Origin: Alphaproteobacteria bacterium | GTDB taxonomy: Bacteria > Pseudomonadota > Alphaproteobacteria > Bin95 | Length of the DNA: 64,000 bases | Assembly (NCBI GenBank): GCA_963665325.3 | Contig: CAXXWS020000002.1 | Span: forward strand, 96,001 to 160,000 | Reading direction: 5' to 3' | Shown: positions 1-9,487 of the stretch, one piece after another | How the letters are laid out: each line of letters starts with the position of its first letter | Numbering within the stretch: position 1 is the stretch's first letter | The notes under the pieces: generated by a model | Told to the model about the DNA's origin: nothing | The model's database searches: none | Seen by the model: only the letters and a program-made list of their open reading frames with translations | Program-made: the position numbers and the translations under genes

Positions 1-409
1 CCTGCGCGCCGTCCCAGCCGAACCAGCGATTGAAGCGCAGGTTGAACAGGCTGAGCGCGTTGCGGTCCACGGCCCGCTGCCCGCGGCTCCGCGGCAGGCC
101 GTCGGTCCAGGCCCGGTCCGGCCGGTGGCAGCTTGCGCAGGAGACCGTGCCGGAGATCGACAGGCGAGGATCGAAGAACAGCGCGCGGCCGAGGGCGATA
201 GCCGCCGGCTTGCCGGAAACCCGGTTGCTCGGATCGGGCGCCGGGGCCGGCGGCCACGGCCCGTGGCGCAGGATCCGGCGCTTTTCCCCGGCGGTGAAGT
301 CGAGCGCCGGCGCGGCCATGCCGGAAACCATGCCGAATGCAATCGCAAATCCCGCGAGGCCGGCAGCCAGCCGGGCGGCAACCGGGGCGCCGGAGCGCCG
401 GGGCGTCAT
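1..409 (-). CDS. Di-heme cytochrome c peroxidase/MauG family protein, N-terminal part (runs off window)
   Basis: Not in ORF track. Manual translation from ATG at 409 gives a signal peptide, then LGRALFFDPRLS..GTVSCASCH..WTDG..RNALSLFN..WFGWDG (CxxCH plus CcP motifs). Start overlaps the upstream stop (ATGA). Confidence 0.88.
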   Translation of the reverse strand, partial: MTPRRSGAPVAARLAAGLAGFAIAFGMVSGMAAPALDFTAGEKRRILRHGPWPPAPAPDPSNRVSGKPAAIALGRALFFDPRLSISGTVSCASCHRPDRAWTDGLPRSRGQRAVDRNALSLFNLRFNRWFGWDGAQ

Positions 410-816
410 TCCAGCACCGTTTCGGCGGTCAGCTTCTCCCGGCCCGCCGCGCCGCGGACATCCAGTATCAACTGCCAGCGACCCGGCATGTGGAACAACA
501 GGCCCTCGGCCGTTCCGGACAAGCCGTTCAGGGTCACCGCAGGGCGGTAGTTCATGCCGTGCCGGTGGTCCGGCATCCAGCCGCGCACCCGGACCCGGTC
601 GACCGGCGGCCCGCACAGATGGAAACGGATGGAAAAATGTGCGCCGACCGGGATGGGGGCGGGTTCCGGCCGCCACCATGCCGTCCATAGCCCGCCGGCG
701 AGTTCCGCGCCGCCGACCCAGCCCTGCGGACGGGGGCAGGCCGCCGCCCGGTCGGCTGTGAGAACGAGCGCAAGGGCGGCCGCCAGAGCCGGTCCGCCGA
801 GGCGCCACGGGCCCAC
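406..816 (-). CDS. Exported YtkA/FixH-like protein (MPDHRHGMN motif)
   Basis: C-terminal part of ORF 406..954. GTG at 816 just after the upstream stop; hydrophobic signal; MPxHxHGM...LFHMPGRWQL pattern. Confidence 0.7.
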   Translation of the reverse strand: MGPWRLGGPALAAALALVLTADRAAACPRPQGWVGGAELAGGLWTAWWRPEPAPIPVGAHFSIRFHLCGPPVDRVRVRGWMPDHRHGMNYRPAVTLNGLSGTAEGLLFHMPGRWQLILDVRGAAGREKLTAETVLE

Positions 817-818
817 GG

Positions 819-1661
819 TCAGTTTCGAAGGTTTGCGAGGTGGGGCCGGATCATCGCCTCGCCATTGCGCCAGGCGATGTTTTCGGCGAGGCCGGGCGGC
901 AGGTCGGCCAGCCATTGCCGGGTCCACTCGGCGTGCCAGACGACATAGTGCCACCGCTCCGGCGTGAAAGTGTCGGTGCCGACCATGACGCGGTCCGGAA
1001 AGGCGGCGAACAGGTTGCGCCAGTCGTCATCGACCCGGCCGTCATGGGCGTGTTCGCTGCGGAAAGCCAGGTCGGTCCAGAGATTCGCGTGTTTCCCGAG
1101 CATCGGGCCGACGACGTCCGGACCGACGAAGCCGGCATGGGCCCAAAGAACCCGCGCCTCCGGCCACTGGGCGAAGATCCCGTCCACCGCGCCGGCGTCC
1201 GAATGGGCGTGCAGGAGAAGATTGTGCCGGCGCGCCAGCTCGATCATGCGCCGGGGCACGGCCTTGCCGGTCTGCGAGGCGAAGAGATGGAACTCGCCGA
1301 CCGCGACCCACTTGAAGCGGTTCAGTCGGTCCTCCAGAAAGTCGATCACCGACGGATCGTCGACCCAGCTGCCGGTCTCGCCGCGCCGGCGATAGGGGCG
1401 CAGGCTGGGCAGGACAAGGTCCGGCGCGGCGGCGTGGAGCGCGCGGGTGCCGGCGTCGCCCGAACTCGACACCAGCGCGCGCTTCAGCCCTGCCTTCTCC
1501 AGAATGGCGCCGGCTTCGCCAGCGGAAAGGAGCGCGGCCGCGTCGTGGCTGAAATGGATATGGGCGTCGAAGATCGGCAGCGGCATGCCGGCGGCACGGG
1601 CCGCCGGGGGCAGCAGCGCCGCTGCGGCCGAGCCTGCGAGAAAGCGGCGGCGCGAAACCAT
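819..1661 (-). CDS. Tat-exported amidohydrolase-superfamily protein
   Basis: SRRRFL twin-arginine signal; DAHIH, GEFH, HAHSD, WAHAG and GTDT metal-binding motifs. Confidence 0.85.
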   Translation of the reverse strand: MVSRRRFLAGSAAAALLPPAARAAGMPLPIFDAHIHFSHDAAALLSAGEAGAILEKAGLKRALVSSSGDAGTRALHAAAPDLVLPSLRPYRRRGETGSWVDDPSVIDFLEDRLNRFKWVAVGEFHLFASQTGKAVPRRMIELARRHNLLLHAHSDAGAVDGIFAQWPEARVLWAHAGFVGPDVVGPMLGKHANLWTDLAFRSEHAHDGRVDDDWRNLFAAFPDRVMVGTDTFTPERWHYVVWHAEWTRQWLADLPPGLAENIAWRNGEAMIRPHLANLRN

Positions 1662-1692
1662 GGCAGGGCTCCTTCCTGCTGGCGCGAGCGGG

Positions 1693-2595
1693 TCAGAGGC
1701 CGTCCATCCATGCCTTGACCAGCCGCCAGGCGATGCTGTCGCGGCGCGGCAGCTCCATGTCGAAATCCTCGATCCGGTCTATCTGCTCGCGCGTCATCCA
1801 GCGGGCGTCCTCGAGCTCGTTCGGGTCGATATTGAGCTCCGTGGTCAGGGCCTCGGCATGGAAACCCAGCATAAGCGACGACGGGAAGGGCCAGGGCTGG
1901 GAGGCCATGTAGCGCACCTCGCCGACCTTGACGCCGGACTCCTCGAACACTTCGCGCGCGACCGCCTCCTCAAGGCTCTCGCCCGGCTCGACGAAGCCTG
2001 CAAGCGTGGAATAGATGCGCCGCGGGAACTGGTGCGTGCGGCCCAGCAGGCAGTTGTCGTCCTTGTGGACCAGCATGATGACCGCAGGGTCCGTGCGCGG
2101 GAAATGCTGTGCGTTGCAATCGGTGCAATTGCGCTGGTGCCCGGCGTGGCTGACCTCGGTCGGCGCGCCGCAGACGCCGCAGTAGCGATGGCGCTGGTGC
2201 CAGGTCATCATGCCGCGCGCATGGGCGAGGATGGCGCCTTCCTCCGCCGGAATGACCGGGCCGATCTGGCGCAGATCCTCGAACGCGCCTTCCGCTTCGA
2301 TGCGCGGATGGCCGTAGGGGTCGTCCAGATGGGAAAGGTCAAGGCCGATATAAAGCGTGTCGCCCTCAAGCCCGAGGACCACCTCGTGCTGGGCCGTGTC
2401 CAGCAGGTCGCCGGCCTCCTCGACGGTCAGGAGCAGCGCCCGGTCGTCCTCGGTGTGGACCAGCGAGCGCGAGCGCCAGACCGGCACCAGCCGCGTGTCC
2501 TTCGACCGGCGGCGCGCAGCGACCCAGGCCGCGTCCTCACGCAGATGCGAGATGCGGTCGAGCGGCGCGCCCGTGTACCAGAGGTTCTTCAACAT
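1693..2595 (-). CDS. nudC: NAD(+) diphosphatase (Nudix)
   Basis: CGVCG/CTDC zinc finger, FPRTDPAVI, GFVEPGESLEEAVAREVFEESG Nudix box, SQPWPFPSS signature. Confidence 0.95.
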   Translation of the reverse strand: MLKNLWYTGAPLDRISHLREDAAWVAARRRSKDTRLVPVWRSRSLVHTEDDRALLLTVEEAGDLLDTAQHEVVLGLEGDTLYIGLDLSHLDDPYGHPRIEAEGAFEDLRQIGPVIPAEEGAILAHARGMMTWHQRHRYCGVCGAPTEVSHAGHQRNCTDCNAQHFPRTDPAVIMLVHKDDNCLLGRTHQFPRRIYSTLAGFVEPGESLEEAVAREVFEESGVKVGEVRYMASQPWPFPSSLMLGFHAEALTTELNIDPNELEDARWMTREQIDRIEDFDMELPRRDSIAWRLVKAWMDGL

Positions 2596-2738
2596 GGGGC
2601 GAAAGGAAGCATGGCAGCCGGACGGGCGCAATAACGGTTCGGCCGGCCGCTACCGCCCCCGGCCGCGGGCGGATACCATATGGTCTGTTGCACGGACCCG
2701 TGGAGCGAGCGGTGTTGCAGCCGACGAGACGGCAGGCG

Positions 2739-4913
2739 ATGGAACAGGGGCCAGGGCTCGCGGGCTACCGGCCGCCGGCGGGCGGTTTCGACGAGCTGCT
2801 CGACGAAGAGGGCCGCGTCCGGCCGGTCTGGCGGCAGTTCGCCGAGGGGTTCGGGCGGCTTTCCGAAGCGGACCTGAAACGACGGACGGCGCGCGGCGAG
2901 CAATATCTGCACGATGCCGGCGTGTTCTTCCGCCGGCAGGGCGCGGAGGGGGCGGGCGGGCGGACATGGCCGTTCAGCCCGGTGCCGCTGATCCTGCATG
3001 AGCGGGAATGGCGGAGCCTCACCGACGGGCTGGCGCGCCGCGCCGAACTGCTGGAGGCGGTCGCCGCCGACCTCTATGGCGAGAACCGGCTGGTCACGGA
3101 CGGCTTGCTGCCGGCGGGGCCGGTCGCCGCCAATCCCGCCTGGCTGCGCCCGATGGTGGGCATCCGGCCTGCCTCAGGCCACTATCTGCATTTCGTCGCC
3201 TTCGATGTCGCACGGCGGCCGGACGGAAGGTGGCAGGTGCTGCGCGACCGGACCGACTCGCCCGCAGGCGCCGGCACCGCGCTGGAGACGCGGCTTGCCA
3301 CCCAGCGCGTGTTCCAGGAGCTGTTCCAGGAGTCCCATGTGCACCGCCTGGCCTGCTTCTTCCGTGCGTTCCGCGACGCGATGGCCGCGCTTGACCGGGT
3401 GGGCGGCGGGCGCGTGGGCATGCTGACCGCCGGCCCGGGCGGGGCGAACTATTTCGAGCACGCCTATCTGGCGCGATATCTGGGCTTCATGCTGTTCGAA
3501 GGCGAGGACATTGCCGTCGAGAACGGCGCCGCGACGGTCCGCACGGTGGCCGGGCCGCGGCCGCTCGGGGTCGTCTGGCGCCGGCTCCGGGCCGGGCGCG
3601 CGGACCCTCTGGAGCTGGACGAGTCGTCTGCGGTCGGGGTGCCGGGCCTGGTCGACGCGCTCCGCGAAGGGACGCTCTCGGCGGTCAATGCGCTCGGCTC
3701 CGGCGTGCTCGAAGACCCAGCACTCGCGCCGTTCCTGCCGCAGATCGCCGAGGCCGGGGGCGGGCCGGCGGCGGGATCGCCGGAGGGCTGGTGGGCGGCG
3801 GCGCCGGAGCCCGGGCCCCACTCGACCGCGCCGGCATGGACCGGCGGGGCGCTCCGGTCCGAGCCGGTGACGCTCCGCCTGTTCCTCGCGCGCACCGGCG
3901 AAGGCTGGCGGGCCATGCCCGGCGGCTATGCCCGCCTCGGCGGCGTCTCGGCAGAGGACCCGGGCGCCGTCGCCGACATCTGGGCGGTCAGCGACGCGCC
4001 GGTGCCCATCGACACGATGACGGCGCGCCCCTCTGACACCTATCGCCGGCCGCTGCCGGGAACCCTGCCCAGCCGGGCGGCGGACAACCTTTTCTGGCTT
4101 GGGCGCTATGTCGAGCGGGCGGAAGCGGCGATCCGGCTGCTGCGGGCGTTCCACCTGCGCGTGGCGGAGACGGGCTCGCGGGACAATCCGCTCCAGGCGA
4201 GCCTCTGCGACTATCTCCGCGACCTGCCGCTCGACCCCGACGAGAACGTGCCGCAGGGCCTGCTGCGGGCGCTCGATTCCGCGCTGGTCTGCGCGAGCCG
4301 GGTGCATGACCGCTTCTCCATCGACGGCTGGACGGCGCTGCGAAACCTGAACGAGGCCGCGGAGGAGATGGCCCGCACCGCGCGGGCGGGCGACGACACG
4401 GCGCGCATCATGACCGCCCTGCTGCACCGCCTCGCGGGCCTGAGCGGCCTTGTCCATGAGAACATGTACCGCTTCACCGGCTGGCGCTTCCTGACCCTGG
4501 GGCGGGAGCTGGAGCGGGCTTCGGGCATGGCCTCGGCGCTGGCCCATTTCGCGGACCCGGCCGCGCCGGAGGGCGCGCTCGACCTCGCCATGGAAATCGG
4601 CGACTGCACCATGACCTACCAGCGCCGCTACTCGCTTGGCACGCAGCGCAACATGGTGGTGGACCTCATGGTGTTCGACGCCATGAACCCGCGCTCTGTC
4701 CTCTCCCTGCTGGAGCGGATGCGCAACCTGATCGCGCTGCTTCCGGGCGCGGAGGTGCACGGGGTGATGTCGCCGCTCGCGCGCGCTGCGCTGCGCGCCC
4801 ATGCCGCCATCGCGGTCGAGACGCCGGAAACGGTGGACGGGGCCGCACTGGCAGCGCTCGGGGAGCGGCTGGACGAGCTCTCCGATCTCGTCTCCGGGGC
4901 CTATCTGACCTGA
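2739..4913 (+). CDS. Circularly permuted type 2 ATP-grasp protein fused to alpha-E domain (apparent internal in-frame deletion)
   Basis: DELLD..G.VRP.W, YFEHAYLARYLG, DPLEL, VNALGSG, then LPSRAADNLFWLGRYVERAE alpha-E motif. Confidence 0.88.
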   Translation: MEQGPGLAGYRPPAGGFDELLDEEGRVRPVWRQFAEGFGRLSEADLKRRTARGEQYLHDAGVFFRRQGAEGAGGRTWPFSPVPLILHEREWRSLTDGLARRAELLEAVAADLYGENRLVTDGLLPAGPVAANPAWLRPMVGIRPASGHYLHFVAFDVARRPDGRWQVLRDRTDSPAGAGTALETRLATQRVFQELFQESHVHRLACFFRAFRDAMAALDRVGGGRVGMLTAGPGGANYFEHAYLARYLGFMLFEGEDIAVENGAATVRTVAGPRPLGVVWRRLRAGRADPLELDESSAVGVPGLVDALREGTLSAVNALGSGVLEDPALAPFLPQIAEAGGGPAAGSPEGWWAAAPEPGPHSTAPAWTGGALRSEPVTLRLFLARTGEGWRAMPGGYARLGGVSAEDPGAVADIWAVSDAPVPIDTMTARPSDTYRRPLPGTLPSRAADNLFWLGRYVERAEAAIRLLRAFHLRVAETGSRDNPLQASLCDYLRDLPLDPDENVPQGLLRALDSALVCASRVHDRFSIDGWTALRNLNEAAEEMARTARAGDDTARIMTALLHRLAGLSGLVHENMYRFTGWRFLTLGRELERASGMASALAHFADPAAPEGALDLAMEIGDCTMTYQRRYSLGTQRNMVVDLMVFDAMNPRSVLSLLERMRNLIALLPGAEVHGVMSPLARAALRAHAAIAVETPETVDGAALAALGERLDELSDLVSGAYLT

Positions 4914-4921
4914 GCGCGGGC

Positions 4922-5818
4922 ATGGCGGTGCTCTACGATATAGCGCTGGCGATCCGCCAGCATTACGACGCCCCGGTTGCCGCGAGCCGCCAGACGCTCC
5001 GGCTGCTGCCGCCGACACTCGCCGGAGAGCAGCATGTCGTGGCGGCGGCGGTCGAGGTGTCTCCACAGCCCGCGGAGCGTCGCGACCGGCGGGACTTCTT
5101 CGGCAATCCGGCAGTCGATGTGGCCTTCGGCGGCGCGCACGAGGAGATTACCTATTCGCTGGCCGCACGCGTGCGGCGCGAAGCGGGCCGGGAGGCTCTG
5201 CCCAACTCGCCGCTCGCGACCGCGCTTGTGGAGGAGGCTACCGCCGTTCGCTCGCTCGCGCCCGGAGCGCCGCACCATTTCCTCGGCGCTTCGCCCCGCT
5301 TGCCGGGGGAGCCGGAGTTCGCGGACTATGCGCGGGCCGTCGCGGCGGGGGCGACGGGCGCATCGGAGGTCGTGGAGGCGGTCGGGCTCGCGCTTCACCG
5401 GGACATGGCGTTCGACGCCCAGGCAACCGAGGTGGACACGCCGGCGCTCGAAGCCTTCCGGCGCCGCCGCGGCGTCTGCCAGGACTTCACCCACGCCATG
5501 ATCGCCTGCCTGCGCGCGCTCGGCATTCCGGCGGGCTATGCCAGCGGCTTCCTGCGCACGATCCCGCCGCCGGGCCGCGCGCGCCTGCAAGGGGCGGACG
5601 CCATGCATGCCTGGGTCCGCGCCTGGTGCGGGCGGGACGCCGGCTGGGTGGAATACGACCCGACCAATGCCTGCCTCGCCGGCGACGGCCATGTGACCGT
5701 GGCGCGCGGCCGCGACTATTCCGATGTCGCGCCGGTCAGGGGCGTGCTGCGCAGCGCCGGCAGCCAGACAAGCCGCCACGAGGTCACCATGACGCCGGTG
5801 GGGGAGGAATTGCTTTGA
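4922..5818 (+). CDS. Transglutaminase-like protein
   Basis: GVCQDFTH, HAWV, DPTN, GRDYSDVAP motifs; usual partner of ATP-grasp/alpha-E genes. Confidence 0.93.
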   Translation: MAVLYDIALAIRQHYDAPVAASRQTLRLLPPTLAGEQHVVAAAVEVSPQPAERRDRRDFFGNPAVDVAFGGAHEEITYSLAARVRREAGREALPNSPLATALVEEATAVRSLAPGAPHHFLGASPRLPGEPEFADYARAVAAGATGASEVVEAVGLALHRDMAFDAQATEVDTPALEAFRRRRGVCQDFTHAMIACLRALGIPAGYASGFLRTIPPPGRARLQGADAMHAWVRAWCGRDAGWVEYDPTNACLAGDGHVTVARGRDYSDVAPVRGVLRSAGSQTSRHEVTMTPVGEELL

Positions 5819-5855
5819 AAGCTAATGTTCGTCTCGCGTTCTTACTTGTCTTTTT

Positions 5856-5873
5856 GGTAACATATAGGTTACC
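5856..5873. promoter_or_regulatory. Palindromic operator upstream of the TA operon
   Basis: Perfect inverted repeat GGTAAC-ATATAG-GTTACC in an AT-rich spacer 9 bp before the toxin ATG. Confidence 0.65.
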
Positions 5874-5882
5874 CTTATAGCG

Positions 5883-6212
5883 ATGATCGCGATCCGGGAG
5901 TATGTCGATCCCGAAGGCCGCAGCCCGTATGCCAGATGGTTCGACCGACTCGACGCCCGGGCTGCGGCCAAGACGACGACTGCCCTAGTCCGGCTGGAGC
6001 AGGGAAATCTGTCCGGAGTGAAAAGCGTGGGCGCGGGAGTGTTCGAATACAGAATCGCCTTCGGCCCCGGCTATCGAATCTACTTCGGCTGGGATGGCGA
6101 CGCGCTGGTTATCCTGTTGGGCGGCGGAACCAAGCAACGCCAGCAGCAGGACATCGAAACCGCACGGGACCGTTGGCGAGACTACAAGCGCCGAAAGAGA
6201 AGAGAGGCTTGA
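5883..6212 (+). CDS. Type II toxin, RelE/ParE (HigB-like addiction module killer)
   Basis: GNLSGVKSVGAGVFEYRIAFGPGYRIYF..LLGGGTK..QQQDI pattern. Confidence 0.9.
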   Translation: MIAIREYVDPEGRSPYARWFDRLDARAAAKTTTALVRLEQGNLSGVKSVGAGVFEYRIAFGPGYRIYFGWDGDALVILLGGGTKQRQQQDIETARDRWRDYKRRKRREA

Positions 6213-6217
6213 GCAAC

Positions 6218-6535
6218 ATGCCCCTGACGCGAGACTTCAAGGAGACGATCCGGGCGCGTGTCAACCGCGATCCGGCTTTTCGTGAGGAACTGCTCCGGGA
6301 AGGAGTCGAACTCCTGCTTTCCGGCGACATGGAGGCCGGCAAGGCGATGCTGCGCGACTATATCAACGCCACCATCGGTTTCCGGGAACTCGGTGGACTG
6401 ACCGAGAGGTCGCCCAAGAGCCTAATGCGCATGTTCGGCCCCGCCGGTAATCCGCAGGCGCGGAACCTGTTCGAGATTATCGGCTGCCTGCAGAGGCGGG
6501 AGGGGCTGCAATTCGAAGTCCGGGCAGTCCGCTAG
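6218..6535 (+). CDS. Cognate HTH antitoxin (addiction module antidote)
   Basis: MPLTRDFKETI..LRDYINATIGF..KSLMRMFGPAGNP; directly follows the toxin. Confidence 0.88.
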   Translation: MPLTRDFKETIRARVNRDPAFREELLREGVELLLSGDMEAGKAMLRDYINATIGFRELGGLTERSPKSLMRMFGPAGNPQARNLFEIIGCLQRREGLQFEVRAVR

Positions 6536-6582
6536 GACCGGACCCGATCACCCTTGACCGACGCCAGCGGGCGCCCCCCTCG

Positions 6583-7317
6583 CTACCCCGCCTCGCGCGC
6601 TCCCGCGACCATCTCGGCGAGGGCGTCGCGGGAGGCGGCGCCGGGCTGGATGGCGTTCTTCACCAGGAAGGCGGGCGTGCCGTTGATGCCGAGCGTCTGG
6701 GCCAGCGCTCGGTTGCGCTCGATGATCGCCGTGACGGCCTCGCTCTCCATGTCGGCACGCAACTGCGCGATATCGAGGCCGGTCTCGGCGGCGATGTCCA
6801 TGATCCGGTCCTCGTCGAGCGTGCCGGGCGCGGACATGAGCGCGACATGGAACTCGGACCACTTGCCCTGCCGGTCGGCGGCGAGCGAGGCGCGGGCTGC
6901 CACGACCGACGGCGGACCCAGGATCGGGAACTCCTTGAAGACAATGCGCAGCCGGCTGTCGTCCTCCGCCAGCGCCATCACGTCGTTCAGCACCCGCTTG
7001 CAGAAGCCGCAGCGATAGTCGAAGAACTCGACCAGCGTGGCATCCGCGTCCTCGGGGCCGATCGCCGGGTCGCCCTCGGCGCGTGCGAGCGCGTCCCAAT
7101 GGGCCGCGATGCGGCCGACCTGCTGCTGCTGCCGGTATTCCTCCTGCTCCGCCCACCAGGCCTGCACCGCCTGGAGGACGATTTCGGGATCCTTCTGGCG
7201 AAGTTGTTCGATGAGGGCGGCGACCTCCTCCTCCGTGCCGGCCCGCGCCTCGCGGGCGGACCAGGGCAGGCAGGCGAGGGCGGCAAGAACGACGACGATA
7301 ACGGCGCGGAAGGTCAT
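6583..7317 (-). CDS. DsbA family thiol:disulfide oxidoreductase
   Basis: Signal peptide; EFFDYRCGFCK, KEFPIL, GINGTPAF motifs. Confidence 0.92.
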   Translation of the reverse strand: MTFRAVIVVVLAALACLPWSAREARAGTEEEVAALIEQLRQKDPEIVLQAVQAWWAEQEEYRQQQQVGRIAAHWDALARAEGDPAIGPEDADATLVEFFDYRCGFCKRVLNDVMALAEDDSRLRIVFKEFPILGPPSVVAARASLAADRQGKWSEFHVALMSAPGTLDEDRIMDIAAETGLDIAQLRADMESEAVTAIIERNRALAQTLGINGTPAFLVKNAIQPGAASRDALAEMVAGAREAG

Positions 7318-7385
7318 GGGGCCAGCCACCTGGTTTGTGTCGCGGGAGGTCTATATGGCCCCCGGCGCAATCCGGGGCAAGCGGG

Positions 7386-8144
7386 CTAATCGCCGCCGCA
7401 AGTGGGGCAGCCGGCGCGGCGCTTGAAGCGGACAATCCGTGTCGAGGCGGCGAGCGCATCGTAGAGCAGGAGTCGGCCGGAGAGCCCGTCGCCGATGCCG
7501 ATGAGCTCCTTCAGCGCCTCGACCGCCATGAGCGTGCCGACGACGCCCGCGACGGCGCCCAGTATCCCGGCTTCCGAGCAGGCCGGCACCGCGCCCGGCG
7601 GCGGCGGCTCCGGGAACAGGCAGCGGTAGCAGGGATGCTCCGGCCCGGCATGGGGCTTGAAGGTGGAGACCTGGCCGTCGAAGCGCAGCACCGCGCCGGA
7701 GACAAGCGTCCGCCCGGCGGCGGCGGCGGCGTCGTTGACGAGGTAGCGGGTGGCGAAATTGTCGCTGCCGTCGAGGATGAGGTCGTAGTCCCGGAAGAGT
7801 CGGGCGGCGTTGGCCTCTGTCAGCCGCTCGGCATGGGTCTCGACACGGATGGCGGGGTCGAGTGCATGGACACCGGCGGCCGCGCTCTCGGCCTTGGGCC
7901 GGCCGATGCGCTCATTGCCGTGAATCACCTGGCGCTGGAGGTTGGATACATCCACATCGTCGTCGTCGATGATGCCGAGCGTGCCGACGCCGGCAGCAGC
8001 GAGATAGAGCAGCAGCGGCGCGCCGAGGCCGCCCGCGCCCACCGCCAGCACGCGCGAGGCCAGCAGCTTCTGCTGCCCGGCGCCGCCCACTTCCGGCAAA
8101 ATCAGGTGGCGGGCATAGCGGTCGAGCTGCGCGTCGGTCAGCAT
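7386..8144 (-). CDS. moeB: Molybdopterin-synthase adenylyltransferase (MoeB/ThiF)
   Basis: RYARHLIL, GAGGLG, SNLQRQ, DGSDNF, CYRC and CPTC motifs. Confidence 0.9.
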   Translation of the reverse strand: MLTDAQLDRYARHLILPEVGGAGQQKLLASRVLAVGAGGLGAPLLLYLAAAGVGTLGIIDDDDVDVSNLQRQVIHGNERIGRPKAESAAAGVHALDPAIRVETHAERLTEANAARLFRDYDLILDGSDNFATRYLVNDAAAAAGRTLVSGAVLRFDGQVSTFKPHAGPEHPCYRCLFPEPPPPGAVPACSEAGILGAVAGVVGTLMAVEALKELIGIGDGLSGRLLLYDALAASTRIVRFKRRAGCPTCGGD

Positions 8145-9388
8145 TAGAACCGGCCGATGCTGTAGGGGGCCATATCGATGGCCGGCGGGCGCCCGGCCAC
8201 GAGGTCGGCGATGTGCCGGCCGCTGATCGGCCCGGCCGTCAGCCCCAGATGCCCGTGGCCGAAGCCGTACCAGACATTGCCGTGCAGTACCGATGCGCCG
8301 AGCACCGGCAGCGAGTCCGGCGTGGCGGGCCGGTTGCCCATCCAGGGCGAGCCGTCTTCCGCGCGGATGTCGCGGAACGCCTTCCTGGCATGGGCGCGGA
8401 GCGGCTCGATGCGCTTCCAGTTGGGCGGCGCGTCGAGGCCGGCGAACTCGGCCGTACCGGCGAGCCGGAGGCCCATCTGCATGGGCGTCGCCATGAACTT
8501 GCGGTCGTAGAAGGAGATCGGGTGGCGTGTCTCCACGCCGGGGTCGGCGAGCGTGAGGTGGTAGCCGCGCTCGGATTCGAGCACGGCCTTCTCGCCCAGC
8601 ATTTCGGCAAGCCCGGCCGACCAGGCCCCTGCCGTGACGACGAAGCCGTCCGCCGCCAGACGGCCCTTCGAGGTGCGGACCGCCGCCGGTCGGTTGTCGG
8701 CAAAGTCGAAGCCGGTGACGTGCGCCGCCAATATGCGCCCGCCCCCGCGAGAGAAGGCTTCCGCGAGGCCGCCGGAGAGTGCGCCCGGGTCGATCGTATG
8801 GGCGCCCTTGGGGAAGAAGGTTGCATGCGGGAAGATCGGCGCCAGCCCCGGTTCGAGCTGGCGAAGCTCGTCGCCGGACAGCTCCTCGACCTCGAAGCCC
8901 CGCTGCCGCTGGCCCTCCCGGTCGCCTGCTGCCGCTCGGAAGGACCGCGCGCTCTCATAGACGGTGAGCGTCCCGTTCTGCCGGATGAGGCCGGTCGTGC
9001 CGGCCTCGGCGGCAAGGTCCTTGTGGGCGTCGAGGGCCAGGCGGTGGAGAGCGGCCATGGCATCCATCTGCCGGCGCACCGGCTCCGGCCGGCCCGCGCG
9101 CACGAAGCGGATAAGCCAGGGGAGGAACTCCGGCAGGTGGCGCCAGCGGATGAAGAGCGGCCCTCCCGGGTCCAGCAGCCAGCGGGGCGCCTTGAACATG
9201 AGGCCGGGGCCCGTCTGCGGCAGGCAGGAGTGGGAGCTGATCGCGCCGGCATTGCCGAAGGAGGTCATGGTGCCGGGCGGCTCGGGGTCGATCAGCGTGA
9301 CCTCATGCCTGTCCCGGCGCAGGTAGCAGGCCGTTGCGGCGCCGACGATTCCGGCCCCGATGACGACGATATGTTGCGCCTCGCTCAT
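8144..9388 (-). CDS. FAD-dependent D-amino acid dehydrogenase (DadA family)
   Basis: GAGIVG, TSFGNAG, RGYH, WMGNRPATPDSLP, GHGHLGLT motifs. Confidence 0.88.
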   Translation of the reverse strand: MSEAQHIVVIGAGIVGAATACYLRRDRHEVTLIDPEPPGTMTSFGNAGAISSHSCLPQTGPGLMFKAPRWLLDPGGPLFIRWRHLPEFLPWLIRFVRAGRPEPVRRQMDAMAALHRLALDAHKDLAAEAGTTGLIRQNGTLTVYESARSFRAAAGDREGQRQRGFEVEELSGDELRQLEPGLAPIFPHATFFPKGAHTIDPGALSGGLAEAFSRGGGRILAAHVTGFDFADNRPAAVRTSKGRLAADGFVVTAGAWSAGLAEMLGEKAVLESERGYHLTLADPGVETRHPISFYDRKFMATPMQMGLRLAGTAEFAGLDAPPNWKRIEPLRAHARKAFRDIRAEDGSPWMGNRPATPDSLPVLGASVLHGNVWYGFGHGHLGLTAGPISGRHIADLVAGRPPAIDMAPYSIGRF

Positions 9389-9487
9389 GGCCCGGCATAT
9401 AGCACGGAGCCAGCCGGGGCGGCAGGCGGTTTGGCTTGACCGGGAAACGCATTAGTGTCTGCGCCGGATTTGGGGAGGCGGAGAGTC

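Noticed and set aside
3174-5066. Long antisense or alternative-frame ORFs (also 15712-18018, 38248-39720, 41749-43773, 56021-58537)
   Set aside because: Shadow ORFs of real genes in high-GC DNA; Arg/Ala/Gly-rich with no recognisable motifs.
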